DNA of 53,736 bases from an uncultured Syntrophaceae bacterium (GCA_964517975.1 CAZFDM010000301.1:1-53736), one strand, 5' to 3'; shown: positions 10,063-20,197, counted from the first letter of the stretch. The notes: generated by a model from the letters alone, not told the origin. A program made the numbers and translations.

Positions 10063-11463
10063 TTATTTATTCATCAAATATTCATGAATCGAATTGGCAG
10101 CCTTTCTTCCCGCACCCATGGCAAGGATGACGGTTGCCGAACCAGTGACAATATCACCGCCTGCCCAGACTCCTTCTTTGCTCGTCTTTCCCGTTTCTGG
10201 ATCAGCCACAATATATCCCCGCTTATTGAGGTCAAGACCTGGCGTAGTGGTCGTCAGAAGGGGATTGGCACCTGTACCAATGGCGACGACCGCTAAATCA
10301 CAATCCAATTGAAATTCAGAACCTTTAATGGGAACAGGTCTTCGTCTTCCTGACTCATCTGGCTCCCCTAACTCCATTTTAATACACTCAAATCCTGTGA
10401 CCCATCCATTGTCATCCCCAAAGAAACGAGTTGGCGCAGTCAGGAGATAGAATTGAACTCCCTCCTCCTCAGCATGATGGATCTCTTCAATCCTCGCAGG
10501 CATTTCCTCTCTTGATCTTCGGTAGACAATTCTTACTATGTCTGCTCCTAAACGGAGGGCAGTTCGAGCCGCATCCATGGCCACATTTCCTGCGCCAAAG
10601 ACGGCCACGTTCTTTCCCCGAGCAATGGGGGTATCGTATTCTGGAAAGAGATAGGCCTTCATTAAATTGGATCGGGTGAGATATTCGTTGGCTGAATAGA
10701 TTCCACAGAAGTTTTCTCCTGGAATTCCCAAAAACTGAGGAAGTCCTGCCCCCAACCCCAAGAAGACCGCATCATACTCCTGGAGAAGTTCATCGACAGT
10801 TTCAATTCTACCAATCACACAATTACATTCTACCTTGACTCCTAACTTTTCGAGGTAGTTGACCTCTGCCTGCACAATGGCCTTTGGAAGACGGAATTCT
10901 GGAATTCCATAGATCAACACACCTCCGGGTTTATGGAGGGCCTCAAAGATCGTTACCTCGTGGCCTTTAAGGATGAGGTCCCCTGCAACAGTCAACCCTG
11001 CAGGTCCTGAACCTACCACTGCTATCCTCTTACCCGTTGAGGGGGCTTTTGGGGGAATTGTGACTTCTCCTTTCTCCCTCTCCCAATCCGCAGCAAATCG
11101 TTCCAGTCTGCCAATGGCCACTGGCTGATCCTTCTTCCCAACCACGCAAAACTTTTCACATTGGTCCTCTTGAGGACAGACGCGACCACAGATCGCTGGA
11201 AGACTATTTCGCTCCTTCAATTTTCGGGCTGCGCCAACAAAATCTCCTTCATAGATAAGTTTAATAAAGGCAGGGATATCTATCTCTACCGGACATCCCT
11301 CAATACATTTTGGTTTTTTACATTGAAGGCAACGGCTTGCCTCCAGTTGAGCCACTTCGGGTGGATACCCGTAAGGGACTTCATTAAAATTTTTTGCCCT
11401 TGCCTTTGGATCCTGTTCGGGCATCTTCTGCCTTGGAATCTTCTTCTTTTCCTTTTCTGCCAT
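10063..11463 (-). CDS. nfnB: NfnB/SudA-type (GltD-like) large subunit of electron-bifurcating transhydrogenase
   Basis: RCLQCKKPKCIEGCPV, CGRVCPQEDQC, GSGPAG, GAGNVAMD, YRRS; downstream of nfnA. Confidence 0.88.
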   Translation of the reverse strand: MAEKEKKKIPRQKMPEQDPKARAKNFNEVPYGYPPEVAQLEASRCLQCKKPKCIEGCPVEIDIPAFIKLIYEGDFVGAARKLKERNSLPAICGRVCPQEDQCEKFCVVGKKDQPVAIGRLERFAADWEREKGEVTIPPKAPSTGKRIAVVGSGPAGLTVAGDLILKGHEVTIFEALHKPGGVLIYGIPEFRLPKAIVQAEVNYLEKLGVKVECNCVIGRIETVDELLQEYDAVFLGLGAGLPQFLGIPGENFCGIYSANEYLTRSNLMKAYLFPEYDTPIARGKNVAVFGAGNVAMDAARTALRLGADIVRIVYRRSREEMPARIEEIHHAEEEGVQFYLLTAPTRFFGDDNGWVTGFECIKMELGEPDESGRRRPVPIKGSEFQLDCDLAVVAIGTGANPLLTTTTPGLDLNKRGYIVADPETGKTSKEGVWAGGDIVTGSATVILAMGAGRKAANSIHEYLMNK

Positions 11464-11473
11464 TTTCCCCCCC

Positions 11474-12307
11474 TTATCTTAAGGACGCCATAAACCTGTC
11501 CATCGATACCTTCTCATCAGTAAGATAAGCCCTTTGCCGTTTTACCAACTCATCATAGTCGACCTCATGGCCATCGAATTCAGGGCCATCCACACAACAG
11601 AATCGGGTTCTCCCTCCAACGGTCACTCGGCAAGCGCCACACATCCCTGTGGCATCGACCATGATCGGGTTGAGACTCACCATCGTTTTTACCCCATACT
11701 CTTTGGTCATCTTGCATAAAAACTTCATCATGGGGACAGGGCCAATTCCAACGACCAATTTCACATCTTTTCTCTCATCCAGAATCTTCTTTAAGACATC
11801 GGTGACAAAGCCGTGAACCCCATAACTTCCGTCATCCGTTGTCACCCTCAGGTCATGGCTGGCTGCCTTCATCTCTTCTTCGAGGATGAGAAGGTCTTTG
11901 GTCCGAGCACCGATGATGGCAATGACATGATTGCCAGCCTCCTTGTAGGCTTTGGTGATCGGATACATCACGGCTACTCCTGTTCCACCGCCCACACAGA
12001 TGACCGTTCCAAGATTCTCGATATGGGTTGGACGGCCCAATGGTCCGATGATATCTGTAATAGAATCACCGACATTGAAGGTTCTTAAGAGAGCCGTTGT
12101 CTTTCCAACGACTTGAAAGATGATGTCGATCGTTCCAGCCACAGGATCTGTTCCTGCCATTGTCAATGGGATTCGTTCTCCTGTTTCGTTGGCTCGAAGG
12201 ACAATGAACTGTCCAGGCTTTGCCTTTCGAGCAATTTTTGGAGCTTCGACCCTGAAATGGCAAACCGTTTTTTCTGCCATCTCTCTTTTATAAATGATTT
12301 TATACAC
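11474..12307 (-). CDS. nfnA: NfnA/SudB-type FAD/[2Fe-2S] small subunit
   Basis: ERIPLT, GGGTG, MVDATGMCGACRV, CVDGPEF. Confidence 0.9.
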   Translation of the reverse strand: MYKIIYKREMAEKTVCHFRVEAPKIARKAKPGQFIVLRANETGERIPLTMAGTDPVAGTIDIIFQVVGKTTALLRTFNVGDSITDIIGPLGRPTHIENLGTVICVGGGTGVAVMYPITKAYKEAGNHVIAIIGARTKDLLILEEEMKAASHDLRVTTDDGSYGVHGFVTDVLKKILDERKDVKLVVGIGPVPMMKFLCKMTKEYGVKTMVSLNPIMVDATGMCGACRVTVGGRTRFCCVDGPEFDGHEVDYDELVKRQRAYLTDEKVSMDRFMASLR

Positions 12308-12820
12308 TTTCCCCCCTCCTTTTCTGATAAATTTTTCACAAAGTTCGTCCTATTTATAAAAAAATGAAATTGAAAAGTCAAATTTTTTAATAATGCTTCA
12401 ATAGCCCTTTTCAGTAAAGTGGAATGGAATATTTTATCGAGGAGTGAAACCTCCTTTAACAGACGATAAACAAAGGCTAAAAAATTATTATTAGGTGAGG
12501 GCAAAGAATTTAAGGTAAGGACTTCCATAAATCTGTCTATCTATTCTCCGCAGGCAGGGGAGAAAGTAAATTCTTTTAGACTAAAAAGTTAGCCCTCCGT
12601 TTTAATCATGAAAGAGGGATTTATAAAACTTGCCTTCGGGCCATGACTTTAGCCTCAGAGACTTTATTTTTTTAGAAGAATATGATATATAAATGTTAAT
12701 TATTTCACTAAGTTTATTACATTAAAAAAGAATTAAATTTCAATTAAAATTATACAATAAAAACAATAGATTAATATAATTTAGAAAAGTACCACTGATA
12801 ATTTTATTAAAAAATTTTTC

Positions 12821-12849
12821 TTGACAAAAAGAATCCAATCTTGTAGTTT
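12821..12849 (+). promoter_or_regulatory. Putative sigma70 promoter of the nuo operon
   Basis: TTGACA-N17-TAGTTT downstream of an AT-rich tract. Confidence 0.6.
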
Positions 12850-12900
12850 GTAGCGGAAAGAAGAAACTTTTCACAAATTAGGCTTCTGGGAGGCTCATCA

Positions 12901-13254
12901 ATGATTGAATATCTTGCCATCCTCATCTATATATTAATCGCTGTTGCCTTTGCTATTTTCGCAATTTTAGCTTCCCATCTTTTAGGTCAAAGAAAGCCAT
13001 CTCCTCTTAAAGAAGAACCCTACGAATGTGGGATGACGACGGTTGGGTCGAGTTTTCGGAGGATACCCATAAAATATTACATCATTGCCATGCTCTTTTT
13101 GCTTTTTGATATTGAGGTGGTCTTTCTTTACCCCTGGGCTGTGGTCTTTAAAGAACTAAAAGTCTTTGCCTTTATTTCCATGGCAGTATTCATTGGTATC
13201 TTACTTATCGCCTACCTTTATATCTGGAAAAAAGGAGCCTTAGAATGGGAATAG
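12901..13254 (+). CDS. nuoA: NADH-quinone oxidoreductase subunit A
   Basis: [25 protein letters not shown]. Confidence 0.96.
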   Translation: MIEYLAILIYILIAVAFAIFAILASHLLGQRKPSPLKEEPYECGMTTVGSSFRRIPIKYYIIAMLFLLFDIEVVFLYPWAVVFKELKVFAFISMAVFIGILLIAYLYIWKKGALEWE

Positions 13255-13772
13255 AAACCTATCTTGAAAAAACCCCCCTCCTTCCTTATGTAGATAAACT
13301 TGTCAACTGGGGCCGGAAATACTCTATCTGGCCTGTCACCTTTGGCTTGGCTTGATGCGCCTTGGAGATGATGGTTGCCAGTATGGCGACCTGGGACATT
13401 GCTCGATTTGGTTCTGAGGTTTTCAGGCCCTCTCCAAGACAGGCAGACTTGATGATTGTTGCCGGGACATTGACCAAGAAGATGGCCCCTATGGTCAAGC
13501 GCATCTACGAACAGATGCCAGAACCTAAATGGGTCATTGCTTATGGAGCCTGTGCCTGTTCGGGTGGAATCTTCAAAACCTATAGCGTGGTGCAGGGAGT
13601 AGATCAGATCCTTCCTGTTGATTTTTATGTCCCAGGTTGCCCACCCAAACCTGAGGGACTGCTCGCTGCCTTAGTGAAACTCCAGAAGAAGATTGAAAAG
13701 GAATCGCTGGCCCATCGGAAGGATGTTCGGATTCCGTCCACCTTAGGAAGAGAAGAGGAGAGTCATGGTTGA
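13245..13772 (+). CDS. nuoB: NADH-quinone oxidoreductase subunit B with in-frame UGA at codon 37 (probable selenocysteine), 175 aa
   Basis: ATG 13245: ...[19 protein letters not shown](13353-13355)-CALEMM...SPRQAD...GACACSGG...PGCPP. Confidence 0.9.
13373..13391 (+). promoter_or_regulatory. SECIS-like hairpin after the nuoB UGA
   Basis: GGTTGCCA-GTA-TGGCGACC, 8-bp stem with one G:U, starting 17 nt after the UGA, G at the apex. Confidence 0.7.
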
Positions 13773-14253
13773 GAGCAACCTCGCTGTAAAGAAATTGAGA
13801 GAAAAGTTTTCGGATTCAATTTTAGAGATAAAGAATTTTCGGGATGAGACCACTGTGGTCATTGCAAAGAAAGATATTTTTGAAGTCTGTAAATTCCTCT
13901 CATCCGATCCAGATCTCCAATTCAATCTTCTTACCGATCTCTGCGGGGTAGACTTTCTTCCGGAAAAGCCTCGTTTCGAGATTGTTTACCATCTCTGTTC
14001 CCTTAAAAACAATCAGAGGTTAAGGATTAAAACAAGAGTTGAAGAGAACGAGACAGTGCCAAGTGTGGAGTCCGTTTGGAAGGTAGCCAACTGGTATGAG
14101 CGCGAAGTCTATGACCTGTTTGGGATTGTCTTTGAAAATCATCCAGATTTAAGAAGGATCCTCCTCTGGGATGGTTATCAAGGCCATCCTCTCAGAAAAG
14201 ATTATCCAACCGAAGGACCAGACTTTGATAAGCCCTTCGTTCCCGAGGTTTGA
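13765..14253 (+). CDS. nuoC: NADH-quinone oxidoreductase subunit C
   Basis: [33 protein letters not shown]. Confidence 0.96.
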   Translation: MVESNLAVKKLREKFSDSILEIKNFRDETTVVIAKKDIFEVCKFLSSDPDLQFNLLTDLCGVDFLPEKPRFEIVYHLCSLKNNQRLRIKTRVEENETVPSVESVWKVANWYEREVYDLFGIVFENHPDLRRILLWDGYQGHPLRKDYPTEGPDFDKPFVPEV

Positions 14254-14254
14254 A

Positions 14255-15427
14255 ATGGCAGAGAAAAGGTTGATGACCATCAATATGGGACCCCAACACC
14301 CCGCCACGCACGGGGTTTTGAGGGTCGTTTTGGAATTGGATGGAGAGGTCATCGTCAAGGCCACTCCCCATATCGGGCATTTGCACCGGGGCATCGAAAA
14401 ATTGGCTGAGAGTAGAACCTATCATCAATCCATTCCCTTCACTGATCGATTGGATTATACCAATGCCATGGGGAACAATCTGGCCTATGTTTTGGCCGTT
14501 GAGAAACTCTTAGGCATTGAGATTCCCAAACGGGCTCAATACCTAAGGGTGATGATGGCAGAACTACAGAGGATTGCTGCTCACCTGATCTGGTTGGGAA
14601 CACATGTATTAGATATTGGAGCGACCACCCCTATCTTCTATACCTTTAGGGAAAGGGAAGATATCCTGAGAATTTTTGAAGAGGTTGCAGGTGGAAGGCT
14701 CACCCCCACTTATCTAAGAATTGGTGGAGTAGCAAAGGACCTTCCAGAGGGAATTGATGAGGCCATTCGATCCTTTACCAAGATGTTTCCCGATCGGGTC
14801 AAGGAGTATGAGACCCTCCTGACACAGAATGTCATCTGGATGAAAAGGACTAAAGAAGTGGGGGTGATCTCCAAAGAGGATGCCATCAGTTGGGGGGTAA
14901 CGGGTCCAACCCTTCGAGGGTCGGGAGTGAAATATGATGTGAGAAGGGCCTTCCCTTATTCGAGTTATGAAGAGTTTGATTTTGAGATCCCCATTGGGTC
15001 GGTAGGGGACGTCTACGATCGATACATCGTTCGCCTGAGGGAGATGGAGTGGTCAAACTCCATTGTGAGGCAAGCCATGGAACGTCTGCCCAAAGGGCCT
15101 ATTCTGGCAGATGATCCGAGGGTTGTCCTTCCACCCAAAGAGAGGGTGCTTCAGGATATCGATGCCCTGATCCGACATTTCAAGATTGTTTCCGAGGGCT
15201 TCCGACCTCCTAAGGGTGAGGTCTATGCAAGCGTAGAGGCATCCAAAGGAGAGTTGGGGTTCTATATCGTCAGTGATGGGTCAAACAAGCCCTATCGGTT
15301 CAGGATTAGAACTCCCTCCTTTGCCAATTTGAGTGCCCTTCCTAAGATGATCGAAGGGAGTTTGATTGCAGATGTGATCTCCACGATTGGAAGCATTGAT
15401 ATCGTTCTGGGAGAAATTGATCGTTAG
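14255..15427 (+). CDS. nuoD: NADH-quinone oxidoreductase subunit D
   Basis: NMGPQHPATHGVLR, HRGIEK, RLDY, DIVLGEIDR; start reassigned to ATG 14255 just after the nuoC stop. Confidence 0.95.
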   Translation: MAEKRLMTINMGPQHPATHGVLRVVLELDGEVIVKATPHIGHLHRGIEKLAESRTYHQSIPFTDRLDYTNAMGNNLAYVLAVEKLLGIEIPKRAQYLRVMMAELQRIAAHLIWLGTHVLDIGATTPIFYTFREREDILRIFEEVAGGRLTPTYLRIGGVAKDLPEGIDEAIRSFTKMFPDRVKEYETLLTQNVIWMKRTKEVGVISKEDAISWGVTGPTLRGSGVKYDVRRAFPYSSYEEFDFEIPIGSVGDVYDRYIVRLREMEWSNSIVRQAMERLPKGPILADDPRVVLPPKERVLQDIDALIRHFKIVSEGFRPPKGEVYASVEASKGELGFYIVSDGSNKPYRFRIRTPSFANLSALPKMIEGSLIADVISTIGSIDIVLGEIDR

Positions 15428-15548
15428 CATAGATAAACTCGAAATTCGAAACAAACACAAATGATCAAAATATAAATGTCCGAAACAAAAAAGTTTTGAT
15501 ATTCGAATTTAGAGATGGTTTCGGATTTTCCTGAAATGAGAGGTTCTT

Positions 15549-17501
15549 ATGACGGACATTTTTTTTAGCAGTTGGGGTGGGGTGGTTACGGATAATCGAG
15601 GAAAACTCGAGTCAGAAAGAGCGCCCATGACCAACCTTTCTCTGCCAGTGGAATTTGACCAGGATAAAAAGATTAGAGCCTTTATTGGCTGGGATGGAAT
15701 TGCCATTAGAGATCCTGAAGTCAGTATCATCGATCTGATTCGAGCCTATGTGGAGGCAGTCCAGAAGGAGTCCTGTGGGAAGTGTACCCCCTGCCGTGTT
15801 GGAACCCGTATCATGTTGACCATCCTAAATCGGATCTCAGAAGGTCAGGGAGAGATGGAGGATCTGGATAAACTAAAATATCTGGGAGAGATGATTCTCC
15901 GAAGCTCAAAGTGTAATCTTGGTCAGACAGGGCCAAGACCAGTTCTGGATGCCCTCGAATATTTTAAGACCCAGTTCATCGATGCCATCCAATCAAAAAG
16001 AAGAGTTCCCCATGGAGACTATAAAATCAAAGTAACCGCACCTTGCGTAAGTGCTTGCCCCTCTCATCTTCCCATTTATGATTACATCGAATTAATTAAA
16101 GAAGGAAGGTTTCTTGAATCCCTCGAGGCCATCCGCAATGCCACTTGCCTTCCTGGGATTCTCGGAAGGGTCTGTATCCGGCCCTGCGAATCTAACTGCA
16201 GAAGAGGAAATGTGGATGAATGTCTCTCCATTAAATGGCTGAAGCGTTTTGTCGCAGACTATGAGATAGAAAAGAGAAGAGTCCCATCGGTCCATCAAAG
16301 GGGAACCCGTTCTGAAAAGGTGGCCATCATTGGGGCTGGGCCTGCAGGCCTGAGCTGTGCTTACTATCTTGCCCTTAAAGGTTATCCAGTAACCATCTTT
16401 GAAAGATTGGGGGAACCAGGAGGCATGGCAGCCATGGGGATACCGGATTATAGGCTTCCAAGAAATATCGTGAGGTACGAAACGGAACTTATCGAACGTT
16501 TGGGGGTTGAGATTCGGTATAATACCCAAGTAGGAAAAGACATCACCCTTTCTCAGATCTTCGAACAGGGGTATAAGGCGATCTTCATCGGAGTGGGTGC
16601 TCAGACCAATACACCCATGGGCGTTGAAGGAGAGGATAAAGGATATAAAGGGTTTATCCCAGGAGTTTATTATCTCTTAGAGATCAATATGGGGAGGGAT
16701 CCCTACCCAGAGGGGAAGAGGGTTGTGGTGGTAGGAGGAGGAAATGTGGCCATTGATTGTGTGCGATCCTCCTTCCGCCTTGGGAAACCTGATGTGAATC
16801 TCGTTTACCGTCGGACAAGAAAAGAGATGCCTGCAGACCCTGTGGAAGTCCACGATGCAGAGGAAGAAGGGGTGAAATTCCATTATCTCTGCAATCCTGT
16901 TCGAATCGTGGAGAAAGAAGGAAAGGTCGTTGGGGTTGAATGTATCCGAATGGAACTTGGGGAGCCGGATGAGAGTGGAAGGCGAAGGCCTGTTCCTATT
17001 AAGGGGTCAGAATTCTTCATCGAGACCGATATCTTGATTCCAGCGATCGGTCAGGCCATTGACCTCTCCTTCCTCGATGAGAAGGATGGAATAAAGACGA
17101 CCAAGCGCTCTACTATTGCGGTTCAAGAGGGGACCTTTCTCACGAGCCGTCCAGGGGTTTTCTCTGCAGGAGACTGTGTGACAGGGCCTGATGTCCTGGT
17201 TCGGGCTGCAGGCAACGGGAAGAGGGCAGCGGAGAAGATTGACCTCTTCCTTCGAGGGATGGAGGTAAAGGAATCTGAGGAGGAGCGGTTAGAATCGTTG
17301 ATGGAAAAGATCAAGGTCTACAATAAAGAGGAGAAGGTTGGGATCTCTGGTGGAACAAAGAGAGAGATGTTGAAAATGCTTCCGCCAGAGACAAGAAAGT
17401 GGACTTTTGAAGAGGTGGAGAAAGGATTTTCCATCCCCCAGGCCCAAAAAGAGGCAGAACGTTGTCTTCGATGTGTCCGGATTGGACTCTTTGCAGTGTG
17501 A
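15549..17501 (+). CDS. sfrB: SfrB-like NADPH oxidoreductase (NuoF-type 4Fe-4S domain plus GltD-like flavoprotein)
   Basis: FSSWG...AFIGWDG N-terminus resembles Geobacter SfrB; ESCGKCTPCRVG, CPSH, GAGPAG, GGGNVAIDC, YRRT, AERCLRC. Confidence 0.8.
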   Translation: MTDIFFSSWGGVVTDNRGKLESERAPMTNLSLPVEFDQDKKIRAFIGWDGIAIRDPEVSIIDLIRAYVEAVQKESCGKCTPCRVGTRIMLTILNRISEGQGEMEDLDKLKYLGEMILRSSKCNLGQTGPRPVLDALEYFKTQFIDAIQSKRRVPHGDYKIKVTAPCVSACPSHLPIYDYIELIKEGRFLESLEAIRNATCLPGILGRVCIRPCESNCRRGNVDECLSIKWLKRFVADYEIEKRRVPSVHQRGTRSEKVAIIGAGPAGLSCAYYLALKGYPVTIFERLGEPGGMAAMGIPDYRLPRNIVRYETELIERLGVEIRYNTQVGKDITLSQIFEQGYKAIFIGVGAQTNTPMGVEGEDKGYKGFIPGVYYLLEINMGRDPYPEGKRVVVVGGGNVAIDCVRSSFRLGKPDVNLVYRRTRKEMPADPVEVHDAEEEGVKFHYLCNPVRIVEKEGKVVGVECIRMELGEPDESGRRRPVPIKGSEFFIETDILIPAIGQAIDLSFLDEKDGIKTTKRSTIAVQEGTFLTSRPGVFSAGDCVTGPDVLVRAAGNGKRAAEKIDLFLRGMEVKESEEERLESLMEKIKVYNKEEKVGISGGTKREMLKMLPPETRKWTFEEVEKGFSIPQAQKEAERCLRCVRIGLFAV

Positions 17502-17572
17502 TAGGTTGAGGAGTCTTAAAGGAGTATCCTGAATCGCGAGTCACGACTCACGGAACACGAGGTTTGATTAGA

Positions 17573-20197
17573 ATGATTAAACTGACGATTGATGGGAAAG
17601 AGTTAACTGGGAAGCCAGAACAGACGATTCTGGAGGTAGCCAGAGAGAATGGGATTTACATCCCTACCCTCTGTTATCACGAAAAGTTGAGCCTCATCAA
17701 ATCCTGTCGAATCTGCCTTGTTGAGGTAGAGGGAGCAGAGATGCCGATGGCCTCCTGTGCCACCCCTATCTACGATGGGATGGTGGTGCACACCAAAACG
17801 GAAAGAGTGGAGGGGATGCGAAGAGAGGCCTTGCGGTTATTGCTGGTCAATCACCCCCTTGATTGCCCAGTGTGTGATGCAGGAGGAGAATGTCTCCTTC
17901 AAAATCGGACTTATGAATTCGGGATTGATCGCCAGGAGTTTTTCACTGAAAAGATTGAACGTCCCTCCTTTGAATATGGAACTCCCCTTATTCGACAATG
18001 GCCAGACCGGTGTGTGATGTGCCTTCGTTGCGTTCATGCCTGTATTGATATCCCTGGATCGGATGTTTTGGATGTCGTGGACAATGGCTACTCCTCTCAG
18101 ATTAAAGCAGTTCGAAAGGAGAACTGCATTTCCTGTGGAGAATGCCTTCATGTCTGTCCAGTGGGTGCGCTTACGGAGAACCTCAGTCGGATTAAGGGGA
18201 GAGTATGGCAGTTAGGAAGGGTGCAGACGACCTGTACGTTCTGTGGGTGTGGGTGCCAATTAGAACTCAATACCCTCGGCCAGAGAAAAGTGGTCAAGGT
18301 CACCACTCATAGCGAACCAGGTATCAACCGAGGAAGCCTCTGTGTAAAAGGGAGGTTTGGTTATGACTTCATTCATCATCCGGATCGCCTTAAGAAGCCT
18401 TTGATGAGGAGTGGAGAGGGTTTTGTTGAAGTCTCATGGGAAGAGGCCCTCAACGTTGTGGCTGATAAACTCCAAGAGATAAAACAGAAAGAGGGCCCTG
18501 AAAGCATTGGAGGAATCTCCTCCTCAAGGGCCACCAATGAGGAGAACTACCTATTTCAGAAATGGATGAGGGCCTGTATCGGGACTAATCATATTGACAA
18601 CGGAGTAAGGCTTTCGAGCATTTCCTCTTTTTACGGAATGATGACCTCCATAGGCTCTGTAGGAATGACCCATTCCATGGAAGCGGTCACCAAGGCTGAC
18701 CTCATTCTCATCATTGGAGCGGATGTGGATGATGACCATCTCATCTTTGGCAATAAGATGAGAGAGGCGATGCGAAAGAACGGAGCCAAGATCATTCTGA
18801 TCGATCCTCGAAGAACCTCTTGGGAGAAGTGGGCGGATCTCTGGTTAAGACCTAACCCTAAGACAGACCTATTTCTGATCAATGGTCTGATTCGCCATTT
18901 GATTGAGGCGAAGTCCTATAAAAATGAGTATGTTCTTTCTAAGACGGAAGGTTTCGAGTCCCTTAAATCTTCGTTAGATCGGTTCACCGATGAGTTGGTT
19001 CAGAAGATTTCAGGGGTTTCTTCTGCAGAGTTAAAGTCCTTATTTGACCTTTATCGATCGGCTCATCGGAGGGCGATTGTTTTTGGCTCAGGTGTGGCTC
19101 AACATGCTAATGGGAAAGAAACTGTTCAGGCTCTTTGCAACCTTGCCCTTTTAACAGGAGAAGTGGAGAAGGAGGGAGGGGGACTCTATCCACTCCTTTC
19201 CCAGAATAATGCCCAGGGAGCCTGCGATATGGGTGGACTTTCTGAATTCCTTCCTGGGTATAAAAGGGTGGAGGATGGAGAGGCAAGGAAAAGATTCCAA
19301 GAGGTCTGGAAGGCAGAGATCCCTACAACCCCTGGTTCTACTTATTTAGAGCTTTTTGATCTGATTTTAGAAGGAAGAATCAAAGCCCTCTATGTCTTTG
19401 GTGAAGACCCCCTGCTCACCCTTCCCAATGTCGAAAAGGTTAAAGAATCCCTGAAACAATTGGAGCTCTTAGTGGTCCAGGATATGTTCATGACTGAAAT
19501 CGGGAACTATGCCCATGTGATTCTCCCAGGGGCGAGCTTTGCAGAGAAGGATGGAACCTTCACCAATATGGAAAGAAGGGTTCAAAGGGTGAGGAAGGCT
19601 ATTTTCCCCATAGGGGAGGCCCGAGTGGACTGGAAAATTCTCTGTGATCTCTCCATACGGATGGGATACCTTATGGATTATCAGAACTCCGCTGAGATTA
19701 TGGAGGAGATAGCCGCTCTCATTCCTATTTACTCTAACATGACATACCCCAATCTTGAAAAGGGTGGGGTCCAATGGCTTCCTCTCAATGAGATGAAAAA
19801 GAGATTTATCCCTGTTGAGTATAAAGAACCCTTAGAGAAACCGGATGCCCAGTATCCCTTTTGGATCATTCCAAGGGGATTTCATTATCACTATGGGATC
19901 GGAACGACGACCAAGAGGGCGGAAGGGTTGGCCAAAGTGTTTCGTGATACTTGCATTGAGGTTCACCCAGAGGATGCAAAAGAATCAGGACTTTCGGAAG
20001 GTGACAAAGTGAGAGTGATTTCTCCAAGGGGTGAAGTTGAGACGGTCTGTCGAATTTCTCAAGATCTTCCCAAAGGGGTTGCCTATTTGGCTACCACATT
20101 CTTTCCTGTGTTGATTAACAATCTCTTAGTTCCTAAAGGCGATTCCATCGGTCAGCCTGAATATAAACTTTTCGTGGGGAGGATTGAAAAAAGGTAG
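17573..20197 (+). CDS. sfrA: SfrA/NuoG-like Fe-S protein with molybdopterin-oxidoreductase fold
   Basis: IPTLC..CRIC..C, HPLDCPVCDAGGEC, two 4Fe-4S motifs, CTFCGCGC; Fdh active-site position reads DNGVRLSS (no Cys/Sec); alternative TTG start at 17564. Confidence 0.75.
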   Translation: MIKLTIDGKELTGKPEQTILEVARENGIYIPTLCYHEKLSLIKSCRICLVEVEGAEMPMASCATPIYDGMVVHTKTERVEGMRREALRLLLVNHPLDCPVCDAGGECLLQNRTYEFGIDRQEFFTEKIERPSFEYGTPLIRQWPDRCVMCLRCVHACIDIPGSDVLDVVDNGYSSQIKAVRKENCISCGECLHVCPVGALTENLSRIKGRVWQLGRVQTTCTFCGCGCQLELNTLGQRKVVKVTTHSEPGINRGSLCVKGRFGYDFIHHPDRLKKPLMRSGEGFVEVSWEEALNVVADKLQEIKQKEGPESIGGISSSRATNEENYLFQKWMRACIGTNHIDNGVRLSSISSFYGMMTSIGSVGMTHSMEAVTKADLILIIGADVDDDHLIFGNKMREAMRKNGAKIILIDPRRTSWEKWADLWLRPNPKTDLFLINGLIRHLIEAKSYKNEYVLSKTEGFESLKSSLDRFTDELVQKISGVSSAELKSLFDLYRSAHRRAIVFGSGVAQHANGKETVQALCNLALLTGEVEKEGGGLYPLLSQNNAQGACDMGGLSEFLPGYKRVEDGEARKRFQEVWKAEIPTTPGSTYLELFDLILEGRIKALYVFGEDPLLTLPNVEKVKESLKQLELLVVQDMFMTEIGNYAHVILPGASFAEKDGTFTNMERRVQRVRKAIFPIGEARVDWKILCDLSIRMGYLMDYQNSAEIMEEIAALIPIYSNMTYPNLEKGGVQWLPLNEMKKRFIPVEYKEPLEKPDAQYPFWIIPRGFHYHYGIGTTTKRAEGLAKVFRDTCIEVHPEDAKESGLSEGDKVRVISPRGEVETVCRISQDLPKGVAYLATTFFPVLINNLLVPKGDSIGQPEYKLFVGRIEKR

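Noticed and set aside
12163-12528. 121-aa minus-strand ORF
   Set aside because: Overlaps the nfnA start and its regulatory region out of frame; no motifs
17573-20197. Second catalytic formate dehydrogenase
   Set aside because: Lacks the Cys/Sec-His active-site pair (DNGVRLSS); better explained as SfrA/NuoG-like
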